A stretch of 61,955 nucleotides of DNA, counting the filler, from Dimargaris cristalligena (Eukaryota): the NCBI GenBank assembly GCA_003614675.1. It is 13 parts of 13 records of this genome, joined end to end, with 100 filler letters (N's around TTAATTAATTAA, not from the genome) between each part and the next. Parts side by side here need not be neighbours in the genome. Positions count along the whole stretch, not along the records: positions 47,818 to 52,466 come from ML003743.1; positions 52,567 to 57,214 come from ML003744.1; positions 57,315 to 61,955 come from ML003745.1; 10 more parts are not named here. One strand, written 5' to 3'. The stretch's first letter is position 1. Each line of letters opens with the position of its first letter. Made by a program: the position numbers and the translations under genes. Below, in pieces: positions 49,172-61,393 of this stretch. The notes below the pieces were generated by a model. That model searched no databases, had not been told where the DNA came from, and saw only the letters and a program-made list of their open reading frames with translations.

Positions 49172-49315
49172 ATATGGGAGTAGTTCAACAAGGCTGTATA
49201 ACGAAAAATCCATTTGAAGAGGCAAGTACTACTGGTTGAAAATAAATATCCCACCAATTTTCCCATACACATATCGGTTAAACCCCTATACAACCAAGCT
49301 GAACTTCACCCATAT
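49172..49315 (-). mobile_element. MITE family M copy
   Basis: ATATGGGAGTAGTTCAACAAGGCTGTATA...TATACAACCAAGCTGAACTTCACCCATAT. Confidence 0.7.
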
Positions 49316-50850
49316 GTTAATAAGGATGGTTGCGAAACTATCTAGGGAGGATTGAGGCCGAATAAAGGGGCGGAACCTTTAGACCTTAATGTATGCGCCT
49401 GCAATGGTCGCAATGTAGTAATGGTTTAAACCGACTTACGGCCGAGAGGTACCTGCACCATTCCGTCGGTAGCGTGCAGAACGTACATGTTTGTTTGATA
49501 TACGGCCGCGAATAAAGCCGGTGGGCGGTGTGTAGTTGGGTGAGAGGAAAAGCGAAAAGACTAAAACGGAAAATTCAAATGAAGCAGATCAATAATAACT
49601 GCTGGTCAAAGTAGTGAATGGTAAGGGCAGAGTTAGTAAAGGACCTGTTTCTGCGGGGCGATGGTACGAGTTATATAATCTGAGCCAGGGGTTAGTAGGC
49701 AATACTAAACTGGCCGTAATGTTTAACAGACATTGTAAGGTATCCAACTTTAATCCACAAAAAGAATCTATCACGCTTAATAATCAATGGGACACAGTAA
49801 TTCAAATACCAAGGGACTATCTCCCTTCAGCCATCCCCGCCTTGCATCCGCACACTCAACACATCCCGATATTTATCTCACCTCCACTTTTATCCATCCT
49901 TATTGCCTGCATAACTTTTATAAACTGATTTCGATACATATTGAAGGTGTGCTAGTTGGCTGACCAAAATAATGTTGGTAAAAGCAAAACCCCCCCCCCA
50001 AAAAAGTTGGGAATAGAAAAGTAGGCCCCGTGCACAACAAGGGGGTGTGCTGACATGGAGTAAGAGGATAAGGGGGGGGGATCTCCATTAAAAAAGGGGG
50101 GAAAGTAAGGAGTAAAGAATGGCCTGTAAGGCCCACCAATCCTATAATTGAGCTCTAATTACTGGTCAATAAAGGCGAAGTTCTCACAGAAAGGGACACT
50201 GTCTCATTATTGCCCATTGTCTAGAGGAAGGATAGTATTAAGTAAACTGGTGTAGAAGGCTACATTCTCAACAGAATGGGTATAGGTAGTATCTATATGT
50301 AATTATATTGAACTTAATGATGTACAGTTGTCCAGTTACATTATTCCAGCATTATAGACCCCCGGTGCATGTGCAGCAGAGGTAAATGTAAAACTTAGGG
50401 CACAGTGGTGTAGCATGCAAATCGTAGTTTCTACTAATCCATTTCTAGTGATGGCGTATACCGGTACGTGGACTACCATCCCAGGAATGGGTAATACAAG
50501 GACCTAACTCTGAATGATGCTAAACTAGTTGACCACCACTTGAGGAGCAAATACTAGAGTAGAGTACATTGTCAGTGTAGGTTTAATAGCTCGTGGGTTG
50601 TTTTATTTGAATAGAAGTGAATAAACCAACTATAACAATTTGGTATCTCATTAATTTGGCTAAATTATTGAAGTATAACCCATATAGGAGGTCTAAGTGC
50701 CATATATAAGGTCTATTTCACCTAGTTTGTTGCCTCATTTCCTGTCACCTAACTACCATTTGATCACATATTTTTTCTTTTTCTTTTATTTTTCAGTTTA
50801 TGTGATTTCTTTTCTGAACAAAGGCTTTATTAGTTTAAATACTTTTCTTA

Positions 50851-51435
50851 TATACCGGCCCTCCTAATCCAACTTGATCCAGATCTAATGATTGCCCATC
50901 CTATTCTTACCTTATAGCACCATATTGACCCTCCCATAGTCACCCCTGGTACTATGGGGTCATCCTTTATTATGTAACCCCACTCATTCGACCCCAATAC
51001 TTTGCACTCCAAACACTTAGCTCACTGATCCAAGACTCTTCCAGTTCCCATGAGCATCTTCCCAATGTGATGCTGTCTGGTTGGATTCTTTACTTATCCA
51101 CACCTAAGTCATAGTAGTATTTCCCTTGGGACCTCCCTCTGGAGCTGTCCCTGTGTATATATAACCAGGCCCTACTGGGACTGGTTCAATTCCTTAGCTT
51201 ATCCCTACCCCTTAGTTTACCTTAATAAACTCTATATACACTTACCCCCCTTGTACCAACTAGTAAGTGTGCCTGCTGTATGTCCCTGACATTACCTGCA
51301 TCTGTCCTTTATTGGTTAGTACTACACCCCCATCCTAGCACTAGTAGCCCACTTGGCTGAGTCTAAGCCCCACCTACTGCTAGAAGCCTATCCTTGGGAC
51401 TCTTGACAGACTAAGAGTGGTTAACCAGAGTAATA
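50851..51435 (+). repeat. Family A LTR, heavily mutated
   Basis: Collinear with the reverse complement of 21520-22081 (CCTCCTAATCC...CTAAGAGTGGTTAAC); termini eroded to TA...TA. Confidence 0.8.
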
Positions 51436-51739
51436 TTATATTCCAGAGTCTTCAATATAACTCACAGTTATTTAATTAGCTTAAAATATTTTCTGGTTTC
51501 TTTTTTATTTCATTAAATTTTCTGTAGCATTTATTAACTGTATTTATTTATAAATTTTGGCCTATTTCCTACTCTATGTTACTCTCAAGTTCTACTTTAC
51601 CTCCCCTTTAGTTCTATTATTAAACAGTAAGTCAAAGAGACTCATACTTTATTATTCATCTTCCTTAAATGATACACCTGTGAATCAATTGAAGTATTAT
51701 ATAGGTTAATTACAAATGATACCTTAGGTACTAAATAAT

Positions 51740-52303
51740 TGATACCAAGGCTGATGCCCAGGCCCACATCATATCAGGAGACATATATATATTGCACTAG
51801 AATACCAGTCTATATCCTGGTGTGTCATTGGTAAGAGGTGTCACACCAGATAATTTAACTTAATCAGGTTGAAACCTTTTTGTGCAACTTACTTATTGTA
51901 GGTTTTGTTTTACCATACTGTCTTCCCATAACAATACCCACTGCCACAAGGTGCTACTTGTATAGCCCCTGGTTGTTACTTCCAGGCTCTGCTATTTTCA
52001 CTTAGGTATTAACCCCAAGGCTCCTCTATTCCCATCAGAGATATCTGCATAACATTAGTTCCTAATAGGTATTACACATATATTCTTTAGTATTCACTTT
52101 TTATTATCCTATGAACATATAAATATTCTACCCAAATTACAATTTATTAGTTCTTCAGCTTATATTCCCCCTTTATTTATTTAATAAACCCTTGTATACT
52201 CACCCCTTGATAGAAAGTGTGTACCAGCACTATTTAATTATCACCTCTGTATTATTGCCCATTTCTCTATTAACAGCATTGGTTATGAGCACTCTTGGTG
52301 ACA
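51740..52303 (+). repeat. Possible solo LTR of another family
   Basis: TGATACCAAG...CTTGGTGACA inverted termini; AATAAA; CpG-free; no TSD found. Confidence 0.35.
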
Positions 52304-52566
52304 TTTCTAATAAAAGCCTATGTTAGAATCTTTGAATGAATAACTGCAAGCTTTATTGAATTGAAAATTGTGATCACTAGAAAAATAGTAATGGAATGAA
52401 GGAAAAGCCACAAAGAGAAAACAACAACTCCAGTTGAGTTGTTTCATTGAATAGAGGATGCACCCANNNNNNNNNNNNNNNNNNNNNNNNNNNNNNNNNN
52501 NNNNNNNNNNTTAATTAATTAANNNNNNNNNNNNNNNNNNNNNNNNNNNNNNNNNNNNNNNNNNNN

Positions 52567-53909
52567 GGTTAGTCTTGTCACCACCCCTAACACTAGTAGC
52601 CCGCTTGGCCATGTCCAACACCCCGCCTACTGTTAGAAGCCTATCCCCGAGACTCTTGACGGACTAAGAGTGGTTAACTCGGGCGACATGAATAGTTACA
52701 TTTTGTATTATTATTTATTAATACCTATATAATAGTGCCGAATAAGTGTCAGGAGGATCTTCATAAAAGTAACAATCTAAATACATCCATATATCTGAGC
52801 GTTTAAAGTCAGGCAAAATTACTGAAGGAATCGATGAAACATGAGAATAAGTGGCCAATACAGCCGCAAATTTACTATATTCCATTGTAGGCTTGATATA
52901 TACACTTAACGGTATCATTTTCTTCCGAATAAGCCCAGCATTGGTCTATCAATCTCTGAATAGAAGCGTCAACAGACCTGTAAACATGAACTGAATATAA
53001 AGATTGGCCCACGGTTGCTTTAAGTATTTGCACTTTCAAGGAATCACATAGGTGTCCAGCACCTGTGGTAAAAAGCTGCATGGTCATATTACGAATAGAG
53101 AAATCCCATTCTAAACTTACTATCAACCGCCTGGCACCCAATTCATTGGTCAGTCCTACAAAAAAGTTGCGCAGGATGGCATTCACACTACGGGGCTTCA
53201 TTCTGGGACCTCGGTTTTGAGCCCAGGCCGATTTGTAAAAGTATCTGAATACAATGTAGCCAGGACGATAGTTGTATTTTAGAGTTGACGACTTATGTTG
53301 GTCTTTAAAAAGGCTGGATACGATACAGCAGCCCGAAAAAAAATCGTCCAAGGTCTCAGGCCTCATAGATTGAAGGACCTTGGTTTTGTTTTCAACCTCA
53401 GTGGCCTCATGATTGTTTATAGCCAAAGAGACGGGTCCCAGAATGCTGTCGGTGTCAGTAAAAACGGTATACCTGTCCACGGAACTTCTATAGGAAAAAC
53501 TGGCACTCGGTGCTGTGTGGCTTGAATACAGTCCCGCGTCAGCCCAAGCGGCCCTGATTTTGTCCCAATAAATAAAGCTAGGGGGAAAAAGGCGGTCGGG
53601 GACCACTTCATTGGCAAATTTTGCCCAAGAAATCTCTTTTGAAAAATCAATACCATGGTCCATAAGACCCTGGATTTGGTTCAGGCGAAGGGGATCTGAC
53701 AGCAGTGGGGGGGAGGGACAGGGCCAGTTTTAGTTGTTGTTTCGAGGTGATGTCGGGGGGGTTGACCTTGCCGGTTCGGCGAACTATATAAGTCTACGTT
53801 CACGGGGTTACGCATTGAACTAAGGGGTGATGATGTTTGGTTTACATTGTCGGTGACATAAGACGACTCCCGTGGTGTTTGGTGAACGTCATTGTCGCCA
53901 TTACTGAGC
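52567..53909 (-). repeat. Left arm of a 1.34-kb inverted duplication (partner 55873-57214); contains ORF copy 52875-53663 and a family A LTR end (52567-52688)
   Basis: Identical 262-aa ORF on opposite strands; the reverse-complement match ends at 53909/55873. Confidence 0.95.
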
Positions 53910-53930
53910 AGGTAAAAAATGTGGTAAGTT

Positions 53931-54458
53931 CACCACAGCCTTATAGCACCATATTAACCTTCCCATAGTTACCCCCAGTACTATAGTATCATTATTTATC
54001 ATATAACCCTTCCCCTTCCAGACTCTGCCTCTTCATACTAATCACTCAAGTATGAATCCAAAGACTCTTCTGTTTACCATTAGAGTCTTCCAGATCCTCA
54101 TGGCCATCTGGTTGGCCTATTTACCTATACCTTAGTCTTAGTAGTATTCTTCCCCCAGGACCTCCCTCTAGAGTTATCCCCACATATATAACTGGGCCCC
54201 ATTAGGACCAGTTAAATTCCTTAGCTTATTCTTCCCCCTTGCTTATCTAATAAACTTTATATATACTCATTCCCCTTATTGACTAGTAAGTATGTCCGCT
54301 ATATGTCCCTTGCATATTCCTGCTGCTAAGCCTTTATTAGTTAGTACTATGCCCTATACCTGACACCAGTAGCCCACTTAGCTAAGTCTAAGCCCCACCT
54401 TGTTAGAAGCCTATCCCTGGAACTCTTGATAGACTAAGAGTAGTACATCTGTGTAATA
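53931..54458 (+). repeat. Family A LTR, 5'-truncated and heavily mutated
   Basis: TTATAGCACCATATT...TATATAACTGGGCCCC...AATAAAC...GACTAAGAGT collinear with the other copies. Confidence 0.75.
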
Positions 54459-55624
54459 ACCCATTTAATAATTATTTTTCTGGACTTAAGTCCTAGGCTT
54501 AAAAAGTATCTATAGTACTACTAGGGAAGGTGAGGGCTACCATATATACCTAATGGGCTTATGGGGGCCTCAGAAAAATTACTTGATAGGGCAAGTCACA
54601 GCTTTAGGAGCCATTGATTCCCATAAAAGAGGGGGTAATCATCCTAGTAGTTTAATAAATTTGTGTTTAGGTGGTGATATAAATAATGCATATGAAAAAA
54701 TACCCTAAGTTTGAAAATATATGGTGGTTGTGAAATAAACTATCTTTTACCCAAGTCAAAAGAGTGGTCCAAAAATATGGGAGGGGCATCATTTCTCCTC
54801 TGAAATAACACATCTTTGGCGTGTCCATGTGTTTTTATAGTAGTTTTGATACATTTGGTGTCTCCAGTTGTTGGTTGACTTCAACAATTGACAGTGTCTT
54901 TGTGTCCTCTTTAACTTCAATTAAATACCTTTGCGAATACTATAGGCATGCTGATTTGGGCTGTATTATCAACTTCAAAGTGCCCATCATTGGATATGTA
55001 ATGTATGTTGTACAAGGCGCGGTCAAATACAACAGTGAAATGGATGGGGTGAAGAAGGGGGGAGGACTTTGCGCGGTTTTCAGTCAGGCAACCACTGCAT
55101 TTGAAAACACCCTCGTCCGCATTGCCCCCCCCCCCTATAGGTGAAATGGACGAATGGTCTTGGTAAATATATCACTTTTTCTTTGAAGCCTTCCCATTCA
55201 GCAAAGCTACAAGGTTTCAATGAGCTTCGTTGGAGGGTATTTTGTGTAGTGCCACAGCGACTTACATATGTGATAGGTTCAGCCAAAACAGTGGAGCAGA
55301 TAATCGGGTTGATACGATGGGTTATACTAGACAATTCTGATTTTACTACCCAATTTCACCCTTGGCATTCTATTTTTGTTTTGGTGGCCATGGAACTACC
55401 TCAATGGTTTATCAAGGCTGTGTTTTCTATAAAGGAGCTCCGCGCAGGCCTCGCTACGAAAAATGAATTTTATTTGGTCCTAATTTTTTTTCCATCCGCC
55501 CATCTTACTAGGGCCCCTATTTCGTTGGCGCCCACCTGCTCACTGGCTATCCTCATTGATTTTCACATATTTACTACAACCTGCCTACGAAACAGCAAGT
55601 ATGGTATTTATTTTGAATACCACT

Positions 55625-56906
55625 ATGCCTTCGATTATATGTGTCGTCTTGTCTGGATTGTGGTGTCTCGGGGGGATAAGCTACCCTGTGACCGCCAGCC
55701 CGACTTATAATAGAGTAAAATCAACTTCGAGGGGGACTTCGTCTAGTTGATATTCACCCTACTGGACTAACTCTAACCCAGCAATGTCCCTGATCGACCC
55801 CGTAGATGAAGTCATGTATACGGGATACTACAAGGACGGCCACTCTATTAAACTCGGCCAATTTTATGACCAGCTCAGTAATGGCGACAATGACGTTCAC
55901 CAAACACCACGGGAGTCGTCTTATGTCACCGACAATGTAAACCAAACATCATCACCCCTTAGTTCAATGCGTAACCCCGTGAACGTAGACTTATATAGTT
56001 CGCCGAACCGGCAAGGTCAACCCCCCGACATCACCTCGAAACAACAACTAAAACTGGCCCTGTCCCTCCCCCCCACTGCCGTCAGATCCCCTTCGCCTGA
56101 ACCAAATCCAGGGTCTTATGGACCATGGTATTGATTTTTCAAAAGAGATTTCTTGGGCAAAATTTGCCAATGAAGTGGTCCCCGACCGCCTTTTTCCCCC
56201 TAGCTTTATTTATTGGGACAAAATCAGGGCCGCTTGGGCTGACGCGGGACTGTATTCAAGCCACACAGCACCGAGTGCCAGTTTTTCCTATAGAAGTTCC
56301 GTGGACAGGTATACCGTTTTTACTGACACCGACAGCATTCTGGGACCCGTCTCTTTGGCTATAAACAATCATGAGGCCACTGAGGTTGAAAACAAAACCA
56401 AGGTCCTTCAATCTATGAGGCCTGAGACCTTGGACGATTTTTTTTCGGGCTGCTGTATCGTATCCAGCCTTTTTAAAGACCAACATAAGTCGTCAACTCT
56501 AAAATACAACTATCGTCCTGGCTACATTGTATTCAGATACTTTTACAAATCGGCCTGGGCTCAAAACCGAGGTCCCAGAATGAAGCCCCGTAGTGTGAAT
56601 GCCATCCTGCGCAACTTTTTTGTAGGACTGACCAATGAATTGGGTGCCAGGCGGTTGATAGTAAGTTTAGAATGGGATTTCTCTATTCGTAATATGACCA
56701 TGCAGCTTTTTACCACAGGTGCTGGACACCTATGTGATTCCTTGAAAGTGCAAATACTTAAAGCAACCGTGGGCCAATCTTTATATTCAGTTCATGTTTA
56801 CAGGTCTGTTGACGCTTCTATTCAGAGATTGATAGACCAATGCTGGGCTTATTCGGAAGAAAATGATACCGTTAAGTGTATATATCAAGCCTACAATGGA
56901 ATATAG
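55625..56906 (+). pseudogene. Secreted protein gene (RLI-W-FT-GxLCD family) with one nonsense codon and one frameshift
   Basis: Signal peptide MPSIICVVLSGLWCLGGISYPVTA from ATG 55625; TGA at 55748 is in frame with ORF 55784-56134; removing one C from the run at ~56068-56074 fuses it to ORF 56118-56906. Confidence 0.65.
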
Positions 56907-57456
56907 TAAATTTGCGGCTGTATTGGCCACTTATTCTCATGTTTCATCGATTCCTTCAGTAATTTTGCCTGACTTTAAACGCTCAGATATATGGATGTAT
57001 TTAGATTGTTACTTTTATGAAGATCCTCCTGACACTTATTCGGCACTATTATATAGGTATTAATAAATAATAATACAAAATGTAACTATTCATGTTGCCT
57101 GAATTAACCACTCTTAGTCCATCAAGAGTCTCAGGGATAGGCTTCTAATGGTAGGTGGGGCATTGGGCACGGCCAAGCGGGCTACTAGTGTTAGGGGTGG
57201 TGACAGGACTAACCNNNNNNNNNNNNNNNNNNNNNNNNNNNNNNNNNNNNNNNNNNNNTTAATTAATTAANNNNNNNNNNNNNNNNNNNNNNNNNNNNNN
57301 NNNNNNNNNNNNNNTATCTTTTCAAATAAAGTTCAGTTTTCAAGGATTTGATTTCAGTTCTTTACAGAGTGCAACTAATAAACTATCTGGTGACTATAGT
57401 AATTGGTCTGGCTTTTTATACCTAAGCAGACTAAAAACTGGATATGGAATCAACAG

Positions 57457-58023
57457 TGTCACCTGAATTAACCACTCTTAGTCCATCAAGAGTCTCAGGG
57501 ATAGGCTTCTAATGGTAGGTGGGGCATTGGGCACGGCCAAGCGGGCTACTAGCATTAGGTAGGGCTGATACTAACTGAATAAAGCAAGTGTCCAATGCAT
57601 ATGAGGGGGACATGCACTGATGCACACTTACTAGTTAGTATAAGGGGGTGAGCATATATAGAGTTTATTGAGGGTAAACTAAGGGGGGTAAGAATAAGCT
57701 AGGGTATTAACTGGTCCCCATGGGGGGCCCAGTTATATATACATGGGGGACTACTCCAAGGGAGGTCTCAAGGGGAAACTACATAACTAGGATAATGATA
57801 GGGAGGGCCGGGTGGTCCTCATATGAGCAGAGGCTTCCATGGGAACTGGAAGATACTAAGATCACCTAGGAGTGAGTGGTGCGAACTCCGAGGGGGTCCA
57901 TCTGGTAAGATATTATATATAATGTCCGGCCCCATTAGGACCAGGGGTACAATATGGTGCTATACAGCCTGCTAAGACAGCAATCATTAGCGGACAGATT
58001 ATGTTGGATTAGGAGGGGCAACA
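57457..58023 (-). repeat. Family A LTR (567 bp)
   Basis: TGTCACC...GGCAACA termini; collinear with 21520-22081; no TSD; G-rich tract precedes it on the minus strand. Confidence 0.85.
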
Positions 58024-58282
58024 CCCCAGACTCCTATAACTAAATGATCCTCGAGTTGTGAGTAAGAACTATAAATACTGAATATTGAATATTGAATATT
58101 GGAAAAATGGCCTAGCCATCGAATGGCTTATAACTGGGTGGGAAAAGATGAAGACTGATATTTAGTGATGTTCTTCATCTTTTCTAAACTAAAAATAGTT
58201 TGGCCGGGATATGCTATTAGAGTTTAAGCAGGCCCGGCCACAACACATGAAAGGGAATTCTAAATAATTTGCCACTAATTTC

Positions 58283-58672
58283 ATATGGGTGAAATTCAAC
58301 CCAGCTGTATAGGGTTTTAAATGATAAGTGTATGTGATAATATATGGGAGATTTATTTTTTATCAGTAATATTTGCTTCATCCAATGGATTTTTCTTTAT
58401 ACAGCTCAGTTAAACCTCTCCCATATCTATTCTTGCATTTCCCTATATATATAAAAATGGACATGTATATAACTGTACCCAGGGTTGTACCAACTGGCCT
58501 AGGCTATTTCGGGATCATTGTAGTGTTTTATATGGGAGAAGTTCATTCAGGCTGTATAATGAAAAATCCATTGGATGGGGCCAATATTACTGGTTAAAAG
58601 CTATTCTCACAGATGTTCACCCATACATGTATTATGTAAAACCTTATACAGCTGGTTTGAATTCCATCCATA
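58283..58672. mobile_element. Two family M MITE copies in inverted orientation (58283-58426 and 58530-58672)
   Basis: The arms are reverse complements of each other and match 1490-1632. Confidence 0.7.
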
Positions 58673-61393
58673 TGGATGGGGGTGTCCGCCATTACTCAGA
58701 CTGGCCCTATTGCTAGGTACGGTTTGAAAAGGACCTGTTCAACTTAGTATACTTCTAATAAATTGTTGCTAAACTAGAGATAGTGATGCTTAGCGAATTT
58801 GGTGAGCGAACTATAGCTATAGTGTTTTTAAGTAAAATATATTTATTATACGATTGAAATAAGAAGTGATAAAAGAGGATACTGGCGATTGAATATAATT
58901 AATGAGAGAATGGGGTTAATAGTCATCTAAGGAGCTCTGCCTTGGCGAGCTATTCCTTCTTTCTTATATTGGAGAATTCAGAGGTCCAAGCCAGGATGGT
59001 GTGACCGCAGTAACGTCAGCTTCTCCTCTGTGGGGATTGTTTTCAACTAGAGGTAGTTCCACACTAACTGTATGCTAGTCACCTCGTACTCCTTGGTCAA
59101 TTATCAGTGCTGCAGCCGGTTCGGCATTAACAATAGGCCTTAATCCAGAGAATCGGCAATGATACTCCGAATCCACTGCAGTTTCTTGTTTAAAAACGAA
59201 ATAATACACAGCCAAACCACAGTGCCGAAACAAAACTTCCTAATTAGTATAAAATTACAGGATCCCCGATGGCCTCGTGAATATAACGCTTGTGAACTGT
59301 GCTGATTAACCCGCCCTAGAGCCACTGGCGCCCTTATAGCCTTGTGTAACGCTTGGTTTGTACTATTCCACAAATCGAGAAGCCCTGTCAGCCACTGCCC
59401 AAATGGCCTGATTTTGACCAGACAAATAACTTGCCAGCCATGTCCGACCATTAACCACTGGTGGGGTGTTATAATGTCCCATGGTATTCTGGCCAGTGTA
59501 GTATACTGTATCAGAAACAGTTGCCCTACAGGAGAATTGGTTTATGGACTGGCGTGGCTTACGGGGGCCAAAAGGCAACGGGGATAGTGCCTGGCCTAGT
59601 AGTACGGACCAGTTAATGCCTAGTGCGAATTTACCCGACAGATGCCCAATGGGCCCATATCGTCCAAGCGAAATTCCGCCAATCTAATTGATTTGGGTTC
59701 ACCTATCGTATATTTCCCTTGATACTATATCTTTTACCCGAAAAGAGGAGCCGTATTTGGCTCACTTAATTGATTTTTGAAAAGTCTGATAAACCCTCGC
59801 TTCCCAAAGCATAAAGTATGTTATTTGGTCAAAGGGTTGGATAATAAGGAAAGTGGGTCCACTGTTACTCTCACCTATTTTCCAATGTCCTATCTCTATT
59901 AACCCCATATCTGGAATACGTATAGCACTCATCCAATAGTGAACATTACATCTTACAAGTGCAAGCTTGAGGCTCGAAAGAGAATGCCTCAACGGATATA
60001 GGATACGTAGTCTTCGGTAGGTTACACCTCCTTTGACTTTCATATGATAATGGTATTTTAGGCTCAGGCGAGTTGGGTCCCTTAGAGCATATATGATACA
60101 TCTTAAAATCACTCGATAGTTCTCTGTTCTAGGTTCCCTTGCCACTGGCGGTGTACCGTCAGGGAGCGGAGCAATCCCTCCATCCCCAATTTAATTGGTT
60201 GAGGGCGTGCTCGGTCTACAGTGGCCGTGTCACTAGCGAACCCGACAGTATGACACAGAGCCTAGGTCATGCATGTGTAATAGGCCTTTCACGGTCTATC
60301 GAGGCGAATAGTTGCCCCAAACGTAGCGAAATTCATTTTGCTGGGGCGGAGCGGGTCGGCCGATGAATAGCCCAATGAATAGTATAATTGTACTCGAGGC
60401 GAGCCTTCACACTGATGTGGTCGCACAGACGAGCGATTCTCTCTACCCATCGCTCCGTCCCATCTTTCCGACTCTTCCCAGGGGCACTTACACAAGTATC
60501 GGGAAAGTAAGAGTGCGACTCCCAAAGTAGTCAATGGAGGAGCATGTTTCGGCTTTAGGGCTGGTCTGGTACGGGCCAACGGTCGAGATTGGGCCATCGT
60601 ATGTGACAGTATTTAAAAAAAGTATGGGCCACTTGGGACGGAATTTTGCGGTTGACGGTGGACGCGTATTGACGATATTAGTGTACAGAGACCGGTGCAC
60701 TATAGCGATCCCGAGTCCCTATTCCATATAGTCGACTTCCTATAGAACCGCAATAGCCCCCGTAATTGGGATGATAATACCGTTTATTAGTATTATGCCT
60801 ACATTCTGAAATCCTTTCCCTAGGGCCTTGAGATTAGTCCGCTCCTAGTTCATTGAACCCCAGTTGACAATTTTTGGGCTTTTATAAAGGTAGCCCCTGG
60901 CCGCCCCTAATGCCTTAATTTATTTCGGCTTCTTTAATGACCCAACTGTTCTCTACCATACATTTACTTATGTAATGAGTTTTAGTGTTTAGGTAATATA
61001 CTCATCACTTACCACGCTAATTGAATATAAATTACATCACATCGTCCCCTTCTTTGATCTTTTAACCGGCATTAGAGGAAATAGTTCCATTCGGCTAGCG
61101 AGTAATTTTACACTGCCAATCAGTTTAATTATTCTGGGATTGCATGGTGCCTGTAGATCAGATCCACTGGGGTACTGCCATTAACCAAACTCATCATCTT
61201 TACGCTTAGTCTTTAACCCAACTTCCATTCTACTCAACTAACCCGTACTATAGCTTAACAATACAATCTACAATCTCGATCACCCCATTGCAAACTATAG
61301 ACGCGTAAACTACCCTTCGAAATTCGTGTGTTTTTTTGTCCAACAGTACCCTATCCTTTCCCTTAGTATATTCTACAGCGGGCGCTTACAAGC

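Noticed and set aside
55141-55710. 189-aa ORF upstream of the secreted gene
   Set aside because: GTG start, no recognisable motif, and it overlaps the promoter and signal-peptide frame of the real gene
58076-58101. Short (TGAATAT)n tandem repeat and nearby hairpin at ~58143-58183
   Set aside because: Too short; no spacers, so not CRISPR-like, and not at a contig end as a telomere would be
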